Notes: generated by a model not told the origin, from the sequence alone. Counted from the stretch's first letter, positions 8,799 through 18,542 are shown. The stretch is 44,320 bases of DNA from a virus (IMGVR_UViG_3300033067_000194:1-44320); one strand, 5' to 3'. A program made the numbers and translations.

Positions 8799-8803
8799 AC
8801 TAA

Positions 8804-8809
8804 TATTTA
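8804..8809 (-). promoter_or_regulatory. late promoter motif TAAATA, 5 nt before ATG
   Basis: GATAAATA-TTAGT-ATG; no SD. Confidence 0.65.
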
Positions 8810-8836
8810 TCTAACCATTTTTAGTGTGTAGATAAT

Positions 8837-8864
8837 AAAAAAGGACGCCGAAGCGTCCCTTTTT
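8837..8864 (-). terminator. intrinsic terminator after tail tube gene (UUCG loop)
   Basis: Minus: GGACGC-TTCG-GCGTCC-TTTTTT. Confidence 0.85.
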
Positions 8865-8878
8865 GCCCCCGGGTTGTT

Positions 8879-9505
8879 TTAAGCACCGCCACCGGTAGCA
8901 AGAGTTCCAAGTGCTCGTCCAACTGCTGTTCCAACACCAGTGCCTGTTGGGCTCTGGATTGCGTTGTCATAGCGGATTGTTAGAGAAACTGTTACTGGCT
9001 CGCTTGTAGCGTAGTTTAGTGTGTTATAGTTTGCGCCTTGTAGGTAGCAACCATAAACTTCCCATGTTTCTAGTACGTTTGGTGTGTTTGCACCATTACC
9101 ACCATCAAGGATTTCGATACGTGTTGTAAACTTGTAATCGATACCGCTTGCGGCACTTGCTTGTTCAAAGAAGTCAAATTGTTTCTGTAGTTGTTCGCCA
9201 ACTAGTTTCTGTACTTGACCACTAGCATCGTCACGTAGGTTAACAGTAATGTTTTCCCATGTGTGACGTCCTGCTAGTCTAACCTTTGAGTTATAAACTG
9301 AAAGTTCAATATCTTCAAAAGTTAGGTTTGGTCTTGTGCAGTCAACGACTTGTTTTGTTAGTTCAGTAGTTGGAGTTGACACGCCAAAGTTTTCAAAAGA
9401 AACTCTGAATCTGTACTGCAACTTGGGCATTAACATGCCCTGTGCGCTTGCAGATTGGTCACTGGCCAACGGTACTGATAGTTTGCTTAATGTTGAAATA
9501 GCCAT
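8879..9505 (-). CDS. gp19: tail tube protein, T4 gp19-like
   Basis: Follows sheath; LAGRHTWENITVNLRDD, WEVYGCY, VTVSLTIRYD motifs; SD GGAG; TAAATA at 9526-9531. Confidence 0.85.
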   Translation of the reverse strand: MAISTLSKLSVPLASDQSASAQGMLMPKLQYRFRVSFENFGVSTPTTELTKQVVDCTRPNLTFEDIELSVYNSKVRLAGRHTWENITVNLRDDASGQVQKLVGEQLQKQFDFFEQASAASGIDYKFTTRIEILDGGNGANTPNVLETWEVYGCYLQGANYNTLNYATSEPVTVSLTIRYDNAIQSPTGTGVGTAVGRALGTLATGGGA

Positions 9506-9536
9506 TGTATGCTCTCCGTTATTTTTATTTATTCAC

Positions 9537-12500
9537 TTATAGTCCAGCGATTTCGCCAGTGTTCTTCAAGCGTACTGGAATGTAAATGAACTCAACGGCC
9601 TTAACAGGTTCGATAGCAATATCAACATATAGTTCGTTGCGATCAATTCTGTTAGGTGTGTTGTTGCTTTCATCACAGACTACCAAGAAGTCATACAGTG
9701 CTCTTTGACCAACTAGTTCTAGCAATAGACTTTCAACTTGTTGCTTGATCTCGTCACGAGTGATCTTATCGTTAGGTTCAAAGATGTATGGTTTTGCTAG
9801 TTTGTTCAACTGACTACGTAGGTAAATTACCAAACGTGCAACGTTAATTCTGTCTAGAGCACTTGCGTTACGTGCGCGAGTCTTCTGACCGAAGTTAACT
9901 AAACCACTTCCTACAAAGAATGTAATTGGGTTAACTTTAACGTTGTATAGTGTATCGCGTTGACCTTCATTTAGAGCAACTGATACAAATTCGCCTTCGC
10001 TGTTTAGGTAACCAACTGCTGTAGCGTTAGTAATACCACCACGACGTGTGCCTGCTGGTGCAAACCATGGGAAACTTACTTGGTCGCTTAGTGCAATCAT
10101 ACGTAAGATCATGTGGCTTGGAGGAACAATAACATCGCGTCCTGCGTTGTCGCTTGTAAAGCCCCATGGATAGAATACGCCTAGATATTCGTCACTGCTT
10201 ACAAGACCTTTTTCGTTGTCTTCTAGTGCTAGTGCGGCGTTAGTACCCCAGTTGTTAATTGTTGTAGCATCTGGTGTTAGACGTGCTGGTGTGTCACCTA
10301 CTACAAATGCAGTTAATCCGCGATCGTAGTTTAGACTAATTAGTTCGCCAATTAGTTCTGGGTAACCTGGGCAAGCCAACAAGTTAAATCCGTTACGTTC
10401 TGTGTCGCGAATTTCTTGATTGCTGTTTACCAATGCTTGTAGACTTTGTAGAACAACTTTACGCTGTGCAAAACGTCCAAATGAACCACTACCGTCTGCT
10501 TGGTTAGCACTTTCTGTAACCCAACGATGTGGATAGTATAGTTCCATGCTGTCGCCACTTGTAGGTGTTTGACCTAGGTCGCTTTGACTTGCTTTGTAGC
10601 GTAGGTTATCGTCTAGTGTGTTAATGTAATTCTTCTTAAACTTCTTAACGTTAAAGCCACTGCGACGTAGATTCCATAACAACATACCACGTGGATATAG
10701 TGCTGGATCTGGTGCGTCAAAATCTAAGAAGTTGCTTGTTAGAAGTTGTTCGATAGTTGCTGGATCTGCTGTTAGACCGTCTTCGTTCCAACGTGCATCT
10801 GCAAATAGAACACCATTTTCTGTTGTTTGATCTGTCTTATCTAACAATACCCAACGCTTGTTAGCACCATCATAACGTTTGATTTGTGGATAGTTATCAA
10901 TATCGCTTGTATCAATCCATAAGTCGCCTTCTACTAAAATAGACCCATCGCTTTGTTCTGTTGGCTCGCTTGCGGCAACAATTGGACCAGTTGGGTTCGG
11001 TACCACTGGAACACCCTGTTCATTAACGTGTTCGTAATTATGATAGCCCACCCAAGTGTTACCGTTATGAATCATAATGTCCACTTCGTCAACCACAGAA
11101 CTGTACCATAGTGTACCGTCTGCAACTAGTGTTTGTGGATTGTCGTTGCTGATGTAATAACTCTGACGGACAACTGTTGCTGTGTCTGGAGTAATTGTCA
11201 TTGGAATCCAGTTGCTTGCAACATATTGGTATGTTCCAGCGCCGTTGGCTGTAGAACCTTCTTCACGTACAGTGTAGACGTTGCTGTTTTTATCAAATTG
11301 TAGTAGTGTACCTACAAATGCTGTGCTATCGTTAAAATCTGCAAAACGAATTTCGCCACCGGTGCTGTGTGTTACAACAACACGATTTAATGTATCAACG
11401 CTGGCTACAATATTAGTAAATCCTGCTGTGTTGATTGCGGCTGCGATTGTTTCGCTATCTGTAGAAGCACCAGTTGTAGTAACTTCAACTGCTTTGCTGT
11501 TTAGAGTTGCACTACCTACAATGCTTTCTCCAACTTGCATAGTGTATGTACCAGCAGTAATTCCTGTGCTTGTAATTTCTTTACTACGAATTACAGTTTC
11601 GCCTGTACGGAAACGACGCATTACACGGAATTCTGCTTGTGCTTTTGCAAATTGATTGAAGTTGTATTCAACGAACGCACTGTTTAATGGAACATTAATA
11701 CCGCCGCCAGTTTTGTCTAACTCTGCTAGTGCGCTGTGTGCATTTGCATAGATAGGTGCTTCAACGTTTTCCCATAATTGGGTATTGCCGTTATACTTCT
11801 TAACTCTCCAACGAGCACCTGCATTTGGTTCAGTTGTTTTAATCCATACAGAACCTGTAGGACGTGGCTCAGTGTCACGTGCTTTGTATGATGGTACTTG
11901 TGTGTGCTTAGAAATTGTTAGTTTTGGTGTATAGTAAGTTTTAGCAGGATCAATGCCTAGTCCTAGAGGATCGCCTTGTACAAGGGAACCGCCTAGTTTG
12001 ATGCTGTCGCCGGCATAAAAAATTTCTAAAACACCGTTTGTGTAAGTAGCAGTAACACCTTCGATATCATTAGTGATTGCGGCTGCAACATCGCTTAGGT
12101 CTGTTGCTGTGCTCATGCTAGTTACTGGTAAAGAACTTACTGAACCGTCTAAGAATACGTTTAGTGCATAATCATCTGCTGTCCAACTTGCAGAACTGCT
12201 TGTTGGGCTTGCTGTAATTGTTGGGTGACTTGCGGCCCATTCTGGTGTGCCTAGTTTAACCCAAACGCCATTTCTGTTTTTGTAATAAGCGTAGACTTCG
12301 TGGGTAGTTGTTTGATCTACATTAGTAGACAAATCTCCAATTTCAGCCTCGTCTAACGGTTCTGTGCCAACAGCAATGGCATATTCGCCAATACGTCCAA
12401 CGCTTGGCTTTGGACCGTCTACTGTTAGTTGACTTGCTTCTAATACAATTAGAGGAGTCTTTGCTTGGAAACTTTGACCGTTACGTGTGCTTGCGGCACC

Positions 12501-12953
12501 ACCGTTCCATTCAAAAATACCCCAAGCAGTTGTGCTTGTATCTAACCAGAATGTGCCATCTGCTGGCTCACCGCCTGGTGCTTCTGCTTGTGGCTCTAGC
12601 GAATTTAAGTCTAAATCTGCACGAGCGATTAAAACAGAATTTGCCACGCCTAGGAAACTGTATGCGGCTTGTAGGCCGTATTCATTCAATTCTCCTGCAT
12701 GGATTGGATTGTTGTTATTGTCTACGCGGAACACTGGGTCACCGAACAAGTCTGCTAGTTCGCGTTGACTTGTTACTGTATAAACTTTTCCAGCATTGGC
12801 AGCAAGTGTGCCCTGGGCTGTGCCAGTACCTGCGGCGTTTCTCTTGTTGGCTGCTGAAGCAACGATAACTAGCGGTCTAGTACCTGGTTCAGCAGGTGTG
12901 TAAAAACTTTCGTCGATTACAGAAACCTGTACGCCTGGTGAAGTTAAAGCCAT
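9537..12953 (-). CDS. gp18: contractile tail sheath protein, T4 gp18-like, enlarged (1138 aa)
   Basis: MALTSPGVQVSVIDES N-terminus; PWFAPAGTRRG, RDTLY..KVNPI, GQKT, LDRINVARL, FEPND, VVCDESNNTP, IEPVKAVEFIYI; SD AAGGAG. Confidence 0.96.
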   Translation of the reverse strand: MALTSPGVQVSVIDESFYTPAEPGTRPLVIVASAANKRNAAGTGTAQGTLAANAGKVYTVTSQRELADLFGDPVFRVDNNNNPIHAGELNEYGLQAAYSFLGVANSVLIARADLDLNSLEPQAEAPGGEPADGTFWLDTSTTAWGIFEWNGGAASTRNGQSFQAKTPLIVLEASQLTVDGPKPSVGRIGEYAIAVGTEPLDEAEIGDLSTNVDQTTTHEVYAYYKNRNGVWVKLGTPEWAASHPTITASPTSSSASWTADDYALNVFLDGSVSSLPVTSMSTATDLSDVAAAITNDIEGVTATYTNGVLEIFYAGDSIKLGGSLVQGDPLGLGIDPAKTYYTPKLTISKHTQVPSYKARDTEPRPTGSVWIKTTEPNAGARWRVKKYNGNTQLWENVEAPIYANAHSALAELDKTGGGINVPLNSAFVEYNFNQFAKAQAEFRVMRRFRTGETVIRSKEITSTGITAGTYTMQVGESIVGSATLNSKAVEVTTTGASTDSETIAAAINTAGFTNIVASVDTLNRVVVTHSTGGEIRFADFNDSTAFVGTLLQFDKNSNVYTVREEGSTANGAGTYQYVASNWIPMTITPDTATVVRQSYYISNDNPQTLVADGTLWYSSVVDEVDIMIHNGNTWVGYHNYEHVNEQGVPVVPNPTGPIVAASEPTEQSDGSILVEGDLWIDTSDIDNYPQIKRYDGANKRWVLLDKTDQTTENGVLFADARWNEDGLTADPATIEQLLTSNFLDFDAPDPALYPRGMLLWNLRRSGFNVKKFKKNYINTLDDNLRYKASQSDLGQTPTSGDSMELYYPHRWVTESANQADGSGSFGRFAQRKVVLQSLQALVNSNQEIRDTERNGFNLLACPGYPELIGELISLNYDRGLTAFVVGDTPARLTPDATTINNWGTNAALALEDNEKGLVSSDEYLGVFYPWGFTSDNAGRDVIVPPSHMILRMIALSDQVSFPWFAPAGTRRGGITNATAVGYLNSEGEFVSVALNEGQRDTLYNVKVNPITFFVGSGLVNFGQKTRARNASALDRINVARLVIYLRSQLNKLAKPYIFEPNDKITRDEIKQQVESLLLELVGQRALYDFLVVCDESNNTPNRIDRNELYVDIAIEPVKAVEFIYIPVRLKNTGEIAGL

Positions 12954-12980
12954 TTTATTGGTCTCCTTTATTACTCATAA

Positions 12981-13055
12981 TATTTAGCGATAGACCAGGA
13001 AAAAAAGCCCGTTATAACACCAAGAAAAGGGCAGAAAAAGGGCGGTTGCTAAATA
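12981..13055. promoter_or_regulatory. divergent late promoter motifs (TAAATA minus 12981-12986; plus 13050-13055)
   Basis: CGCTAAATA toward sheath; TGCTAAATA-TTGT-ATG toward the HNH gene. Confidence 0.6.
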
Positions 13056-13059
13056 TTGT

Positions 13060-13395
13060 ATGCGCCCTTTATGTAAAACCTGTGATAGCAAGCCCTGTGC
13101 TATCAACTATTACAAAGATAAGAAACCTTATTACAGGAGCCAGTGCGACACTTGCGCACGAGGAGCACAACCTAAAAAACCTAGATGGTATCAACTAGGT
13201 TATAGACAAAAAGAGTTTTGTGAAAAGTGTGGATACAAGAGCAAGCACCCAGAGCAGTTTAATGTTTTTCACATAGACGGCAATTTAGACAACTGCCGCC
13301 CTGCAAACTTAAAAACAATATGCGCTAACTGCCAACGCACATTACACCAGGAAGGCGTTAAGTGGCGACAAGGTGATTTGACACCAGATTTTTAA
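13060..13395 (+). CDS. zinc-finger / HNH endonuclease-like protein
   Basis: Four CxxC pairs; HIDGNLDNCRPANLKTICANC HNH-like motif. Confidence 0.8.
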   Translation: MRPLCKTCDSKPCAINYYKDKKPYYRSQCDTCARGAQPKKPRWYQLGYRQKEFCEKCGYKSKHPEQFNVFHIDGNLDNCRPANLKTICANCQRTLHQEGVKWRQGDLTPDF

Positions 13396-13990
13396 CTTGA
13401 TCATATAGATGATCTATAGTTTTATTGTTATCTAAAATTGTGTCAAACTTAGTTCCAGCCCAACTATATTCGCTTGCGTGAATTCCGTTTAATCCTAGCC
13501 ACTCACGTGCTTTGTTATCTCCTCGATTTGCCGCTTCTGCAATAGAATACCAATGTGGTGTGATTCCGCGTTGTACCCATACAATAGTGCCTCCGGCTTG
13601 TCTAATCGACTTGATTTCGTTAGGAAATCTGCAATCGCTGATAACAATATTGTCTTTGCTGTTACGGAGTTTATTCTCTAAACTAGCAATCCAGATATCG
13701 TCGTGGAATCCTCTGCGGCAAACTTCTGTACCCCATAATTGTAGCATTAACCGAGGAGTTAGATCCGGCATGTTTAAGCGTTCTGCCCACCACGGATCGA
13801 CTTGTTCGCGCCATTCTCGGGCTTGTTTTGTTCGCCCTTCCAGTAATGTACGGTCCCAACCAAACACTGCGCTAACTGCGTCCTTTAGTGTATTAGCAAA
13901 ACTTTCTCGCCTAAATTCGTGAAAATTAACTAGATAATCTGCAACAGTATCTTTGCCAGACCCAATAAACCCGCAAACGCCAATAATCAT
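13358..13990 (-). CDS. gp1: deoxynucleoside monophosphate kinase, T4 gp1-like
   Basis: P-loop GFIGSGKDT, SFANTLK, TPRLMLQLWGTEVCR, ISDCRFPNE, HASE. Confidence 0.93.
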   Translation of the reverse strand: MIIGVCGFIGSGKDTVADYLVNFHEFRRESFANTLKDAVSAVFGWDRTLLEGRTKQAREWREQVDPWWAERLNMPDLTPRLMLQLWGTEVCRRGFHDDIWIASLENKLRNSKDNIVISDCRFPNEIKSIRQAGGTIVWVQRGITPHWYSIAEAANRGDNKAREWLGLNGIHASEYSWAGTKFDTILDNNKTIDHLYDQVKNLVSNHLVAT

Positions 13991-14015
13991 AAGAAACCCC
14001 TGTAATAACTGCTAC

Positions 14016-14045
14016 AGTATATAACAGTTAGATTACAAGGGTCAA
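14016..14045 (-). promoter_or_regulatory. sigma70-like promoter for dNMP kinase
   Basis: TTGACC-N18-TATACT on the minus strand; SD AGGGG downstream. Confidence 0.55.
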
Positions 14046-14052
14046 GTTTTTA

Positions 14053-14829
14053 TTAGCCAATAATAAATGTGTAGCCGCGACCACCGGCAACTTGTGTAGC
14101 CAATTCTTGCTCTAGTCGTTCAATTTCGGCAGTTGCTTCAGATTTTAATGTAGCACCGTTTAGACTAGTTCCACCTTGTGGGCCTGCAATCTGAGCAAAC
14201 TTTTCACGTGCTTGTCCTAGCATTAATTTACAGTTTGCTAGTGTATAATCCTTAACCCACTGTGCGGCATAAACATCGTTAAGAATGCCGATGTCAGGAC
14301 GATAGTTGTAGCATAGTAGCAGTAGTTCTTCGTCCGAGTTTCGTGGACGTTGTAGCAATGTTAGTTTATGTGATTGGCTATGCCATTTAAATTCGATAAA
14401 ACTACCGAACATACGCCCTACCATTTCCTGGTACTGGGCAAACAATTCATAGGTTGCAAGGCCACCCATGTTGCTAGAACTTAACAAATATGTGTTTGTG
14501 TAGGCCAAGTTAAACGGTTCAAAAATTGTTCCGCCTTGCCCTGAACCTGTTCTTGAACCAATGCTTCTACGGAATATCTGACGAACTTCAATAACTTCTT
14601 TAGGAAGGATGTATGTGTTCTGATCTTGTACAGTAGTTAGGAACATATAACTTTCCTCTACTGAACTGTCTCCTCGTTGTCTATACTTTCCTAGAGCACG
14701 CTCTAATGCTGTTTCGTAGTGTTTTTGATCGAGTTCAACATCGATCATACCGTCGCCTAGCATGTTACGACAGTAGTCGTAGACTGCTGTTTTTGCTTGT
14801 TGTAGTTCGTTAATTTCTGTAGTTGGCAT
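14053..14829 (-). CDS. gp13: neck protein, T4 gp13-like
   Basis: LG..MIDVELD, WVKDYTLA..K..LGQAREKF..I.GP.GG.SLNG..LK.EA..EIERLE motif pattern. Confidence 0.82.
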   Translation of the reverse strand: MPTTEINELQQAKTAVYDYCRNMLGDGMIDVELDQKHYETALERALGKYRQRGDSSVEESYMFLTTVQDQNTYILPKEVIEVRQIFRRSIGSRTGSGQGGTIFEPFNLAYTNTYLLSSSNMGGLATYELFAQYQEMVGRMFGSFIEFKWHSQSHKLTLLQRPRNSDEELLLLCYNYRPDIGILNDVYAAQWVKDYTLANCKLMLGQAREKFAQIAGPQGGTSLNGATLKSEATAEIERLEQELATQVAGGRGYTFIIG

Positions 14830-14834
14830 ATCTA

Positions 14835-14840
14835 TATTTA
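14835..14840 (-). promoter_or_regulatory. late promoter motif (CGG)TAAATA, 5 nt before ATG
   Basis: CCGGTAAATA-TAGAT-ATG; no SD. Confidence 0.65.
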
Positions 14841-14849
14841 CCGGTTATG

Positions 14850-17282
14850 TTACCAAGTATCTCCACTCCAGGCCACACGTTTCCAAATATTTGTAGCAGA
14901 AGCAGGACCCCAGGCAAATATGGCCTGACCAGGAATAGTTAATGGACTGTCAACAAATACTACATAGAAGCCAGGAATACCACTACTGTTAACTTGATCA
15001 ATAGTTGTTACTTGACCGTTGTAATAGACTTTCCAACCTACTTCTGGTAGTTGATAAGTGTTCTGAACAAGGTATCCGTTATCTACACCATTGGCATCAA
15101 GTTCGGCAGCGAGATTGTGAACAACGTTATATGTTATCCCCCCAAAAATTTGAGTACAGTAATAGATATAAGAGCCGTCAAAGGCCAAGTCACCTTGTTG
15201 GTCTCCTACTGCGCCTGTACTGCTTCCCGGTACTGCTACAACGCGGCCACCAGCCCAGGCAGTTTCTTGTACAGTAGAATCTGGGAATGTAATACTGCCA
15301 GTGCTGCCAGCAAACGTCCAAGTGCGGTTGTTGTCTGTATAATCTGTTACAATCTTAACATCGTAATTAGCACCTAGAGTAAGTCCTGCCGCATCACTTC
15401 TTGAAATGTCACCAGGTACAGTTAAATTACCATCGTCACCGAATTGCCATTGATGGGCGCCATTGTTAGTATATACGTTGACAACACCCGAGGCCTCAAC
15501 ATTAAAGTTAGTTAGGCCTCCAACTTCTACATTATTACCGTCTACACGGATCACGCCGTTGTTAGGTAATGTTAAATTACCGTTCGCACCAAATGTCCAT
15601 GTGTTAGTGCCAACATTTATATCTACAGGTAGTGGTGCTGAAGGAGTATAGTCTGGGCTGGTAAATGTATAAGTTCCAGTATAGATTAATGCGTCAGCAG
15701 TTTGTATTGCCCAAGATGCTCCAAGGTCGTTTCGCATTTGAACAACAGTAGTCGAAAATAAACCGTCAGAGTTGGTTAGTGTCCAACCTGTTATATCTCC
15801 AAGACTGCTAATTTGTGTTTCGTCAGGAACCCAAACATAACCATTGTTCGATCCTGCGCCGTCTGGGGGTCTAATTCCAGTTACTTGTGCGCCAACAGCA
15901 GGAGAAAGTTTATTTGTAATATCTGTAGTAATAACACTACCAACTGTAATATTATTTGTAGTTGTTGGGCCGCGCCCGGTAACTGAATCTAATGTCTCAT
16001 TGTCAGGTGTTGCGCCAGTGTAGGCCGTAGTCTGTGTTGAGCCATCTGGAAAATTTAATGTGCCGTTAGGTTGGAATGACCAGGTATAAGAATTATTGTT
16101 GTAATTTGTAGTGATTTCAATAGGTTCTTCTACAGAGTAATTTACTAACCTAAATATATCTCGACCAAACATTCTAATGTCGTCATAAACATCTACTCTA
16201 AAATCGCCATTTTCTAAAATTATATTGTTTGTTTCTGTTGTGAATAATTGAAACTCAATTGTTCCTACTGGTTGTACACCAAGTAAAGGTCCTGTGTTTA
16301 CCTGTACTTTATAAACATCAGGTGAAGTATTTGCAGCCCAGCCGCCGTATTCAAGAGTGTCGTTTTGATTTAACACTATTCTGTTTGGGCCACCGTTGGT
16401 AAATTCCCAAAAGTTATTGATCATTGTTTGATTTGTAGTAGTAAATTCAACGTACCAGTTTCCGTTTTCTAGGTACCACCCACCATTAGTAAAGGATGTA
16501 GCATCATCGTAGTAATAAAAGTTTTCTACTAATCGTTGGTTTTGTAATCTTACGCCATTAAAATCATTCACCTTTACATGATTTTTTTCGCCACCTAAGA
16601 ATAAATCGGCATTGCTGGCATCCTGTGTTCCGCCAGCACGTATATGAATATGTCCTGGAGCAGTGGGATCAATAATAAGATACTGATCATTGCTCATTAG
16701 ATCAGCATCTGGAACTAATCTTATTGTATCAAATCCGAGACCGTCGCCGCTGTCTTCTCCGGCACCAATGATATTGTTGTCTTCAAAGGTAATGCTACCA
16801 GTATTGCCATTGCCGCTTCCTAAGTCGCTTTCAACACTACTTGCTCGCATTTTAGGACGGAAAGGTATCTGTGCCCATACATTAGTGTCAAATGATACAA
16901 AAGGATCTCCGGAATAATCAGTGATCCACATATCAGTGTTTTCGTTTGTTGTTGCTTCAGCAGATGTATATGCGCCAGGAGTAACAACATTAATTTCATC
17001 GATACTTTCGCCACCGTCTTCATATTCTAATGTGTAAGTTGCTCTACCGATACTTGCGCCATTGTTTAGATAATCATTATATGTTACTGCGTCAATAACA
17101 GTAACAGGTTGACCAACAAAAACAAGTGTTTGATCAACATCAGTGTCTTCAACTTCTTTTACTTGATAGTTTGTTGCTCTAGTAACACCCGGTAATAATA
17201 CCTTACCGTCAGCACTGGAAGATAACGGAACACCGTTTAGACTAATTGTATCGCTTTGAATTTTAAATTCTTTATTTGCCAT
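14850..17282 (-). CDS. fibre/whisker-like virion protein, 810 aa
   Basis: G/T/N-rich; four W.F...G.(L/I)..P repeats; C-terminal GDLAFDGSYIYYCT...NIWKRVAW; SD GGAG. Confidence 0.65.
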   Translation of the reverse strand: MANKEFKIQSDTISLNGVPLSSSADGKVLLPGVTRATNYQVKEVEDTDVDQTLVFVGQPVTVIDAVTYNDYLNNGASIGRATYTLEYEDGGESIDEINVVTPGAYTSAEATTNENTDMWITDYSGDPFVSFDTNVWAQIPFRPKMRASSVESDLGSGNGNTGSITFEDNNIIGAGEDSGDGLGFDTIRLVPDADLMSNDQYLIIDPTAPGHIHIRAGGTQDASNADLFLGGEKNHVKVNDFNGVRLQNQRLVENFYYYDDATSFTNGGWYLENGNWYVEFTTTNQTMINNFWEFTNGGPNRIVLNQNDTLEYGGWAANTSPDVYKVQVNTGPLLGVQPVGTIEFQLFTTETNNIILENGDFRVDVYDDIRMFGRDIFRLVNYSVEEPIEITTNYNNNSYTWSFQPNGTLNFPDGSTQTTAYTGATPDNETLDSVTGRGPTTTNNITVGSVITTDITNKLSPAVGAQVTGIRPPDGAGSNNGYVWVPDETQISSLGDITGWTLTNSDGLFSTTVVQMRNDLGASWAIQTADALIYTGTYTFTSPDYTPSAPLPVDINVGTNTWTFGANGNLTLPNNGVIRVDGNNVEVGGLTNFNVEASGVVNVYTNNGAHQWQFGDDGNLTVPGDISRSDAAGLTLGANYDVKIVTDYTDNNRTWTFAGSTGSITFPDSTVQETAWAGGRVVAVPGSSTGAVGDQQGDLAFDGSYIYYCTQIFGGITYNVVHNLAAELDANGVDNGYLVQNTYQLPEVGWKVYYNGQVTTIDQVNSSGIPGFYVVFVDSPLTIPGQAIFAWGPASATNIWKRVAWSGDTW

Positions 17283-17293
17283 TTATCGCTCCG

Positions 17294-18496
17294 TTAATCT
17301 CTTGTTGACATTTCGACTGAATGTATTTTTATAATAGCGCCGCCTGCGGCGGCTGCTGTCGGTGTTCCTACAATTTCAACCATTTTTGTAGTTGGGTTAC
17401 GCTGTACTGTAAATGTTACTAATGGATCAACGCTGGTGTGTACAACACCATAGACAATCATTTGTGGATCCCCACCTGGCCCTCCGTAAACATTAGCATA
17501 TCCTCTACAAGCAATAATTGCCTCACATGCCTGACTGTGCCATCCTGTTATATCGCCGACTTCATCACCTTCGACTTGAATAACTAATTTAGCACTGGAA
17601 ATGTAGTTAACTGTACTAGTCCAAACTACAGTTGGAGTAGCGGCAGTAACAGTGCTGTTTGTTGTTTTTACAAAACTTTGTCGTTGTTGTATAACACTAT
17701 CCACAGGAAGCGTTAAGTTGCCATTGTTGTCCAATGTAACTTCGTATGCACCATTGAATAATTTATTTCCAGTATATGCTGTTAACTGTGTTGTAGCATC
17801 AGGAAATTGCAAGCCACCAACTGCATCAAATGTCCAATCTTTCTCAAATCCTGTTCCGTTGCCTATCCTAATTCTCAAATTATTGCCGACATCGAGACTC
17901 GATATGCCACCGGTACTTAGTGTTAATTTAGATTCTTTATTTCCGCCACTTTGATAAGTGCTTAAGGTCATTGTACTGCCTGGTGGGAGGCTTGCATCAC
18001 CCGCAGTAAATGTAAAATCTCCGGTATTAGCGTTTCCGCTGCCAGTTATATCTAATGTTACAGCATTGCCTGCTGAAGTTGCATTAACACCAACGCCCGT
18101 AAATACTAGTGTAGTAATTCCATTTATTTCTGTATCATCGGGGGTGATAACAGTAATACCATTACCTCCCAATAATCCTGTAGTATCTGTTAATTCTGAA
18201 ACGTCTGCTGGTATGCTAGGCTTGTTTGAAAGATTGTTGTAATTGCCATCAAAATTAGTAGAAATGCTAAGTTTATTATTCTCGTCGTCGTAGGTTAAAG
18301 CAACGCCTGAATGTGTAGCATTTATAAACATCTCTGCCGCATAATCTTGCGCTAATTCTGTTAGGGCAGATTCAGTGCCTCCTGTGAGGGCATATAATTC
18401 TTCAAAATTTTGATTCGTTTTATTGAACGCATCGCGGATAATATCCCCGTCCTTTGCGTTAGGGCTTGACCCAATGTTAATTATTCTTCTAGCCAT
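17294..18496 (-). CDS. fibre-like virion protein with T4 gp9/gp10-like N-terminal attachment motif
   Basis: INIGSSPNAKDGDIIRDAFNKTNQNFEELY resembles gp9/gp10 N-termini; YNNLSNKP.IP fibre motif; W.F...G.L.FPD..TQ.TAY repeat shared with neighbour. Confidence 0.65.
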   Translation of the reverse strand: MARRIINIGSSPNAKDGDIIRDAFNKTNQNFEELYALTGGTESALTELAQDYAAEMFINATHSGVALTYDDENNKLSISTNFDGNYNNLSNKPSIPADVSELTDTTGLLGGNGITVITPDDTEINGITTLVFTGVGVNATSAGNAVTLDITGSGNANTGDFTFTAGDASLPPGSTMTLSTYQSGGNKESKLTLSTGGISSLDVGNNLRIRIGNGTGFEKDWTFDAVGGLQFPDATTQLTAYTGNKLFNGAYEVTLDNNGNLTLPVDSVIQQRQSFVKTTNSTVTAATPTVVWTSTVNYISSAKLVIQVEGDEVGDITGWHSQACEAIIACRGYANVYGGPGGDPQMIVYGVVHTSVDPLVTFTVQRNPTTKMVEIVGTPTAAAAGGAIIKIHSVEMSTRD

Positions 18497-18522
18497 AGCC
18501 GTGGTGTGCTCCAGTTTACTTG

Positions 18523-18542
18523 TATTTATCGTACGCTAAATA
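18523..18542. promoter_or_regulatory. back-to-back late promoter motifs (minus 18523-18528; plus 18537-18542)
   Basis: tattta-tcgtacgc-taaata. Confidence 0.65.

Noticed and set aside
411-12868. Short overlapping ORFs opposite or out of frame with gp32, terminase, sheath and others
   Set aside because: Fully nested in well-supported genes, with no motifs or start signals.
12995-13045. aaaagccc / aaaagggc short repeats between the divergent promoters
   Set aside because: Too short and low in complexity to support an operator or terminator call.
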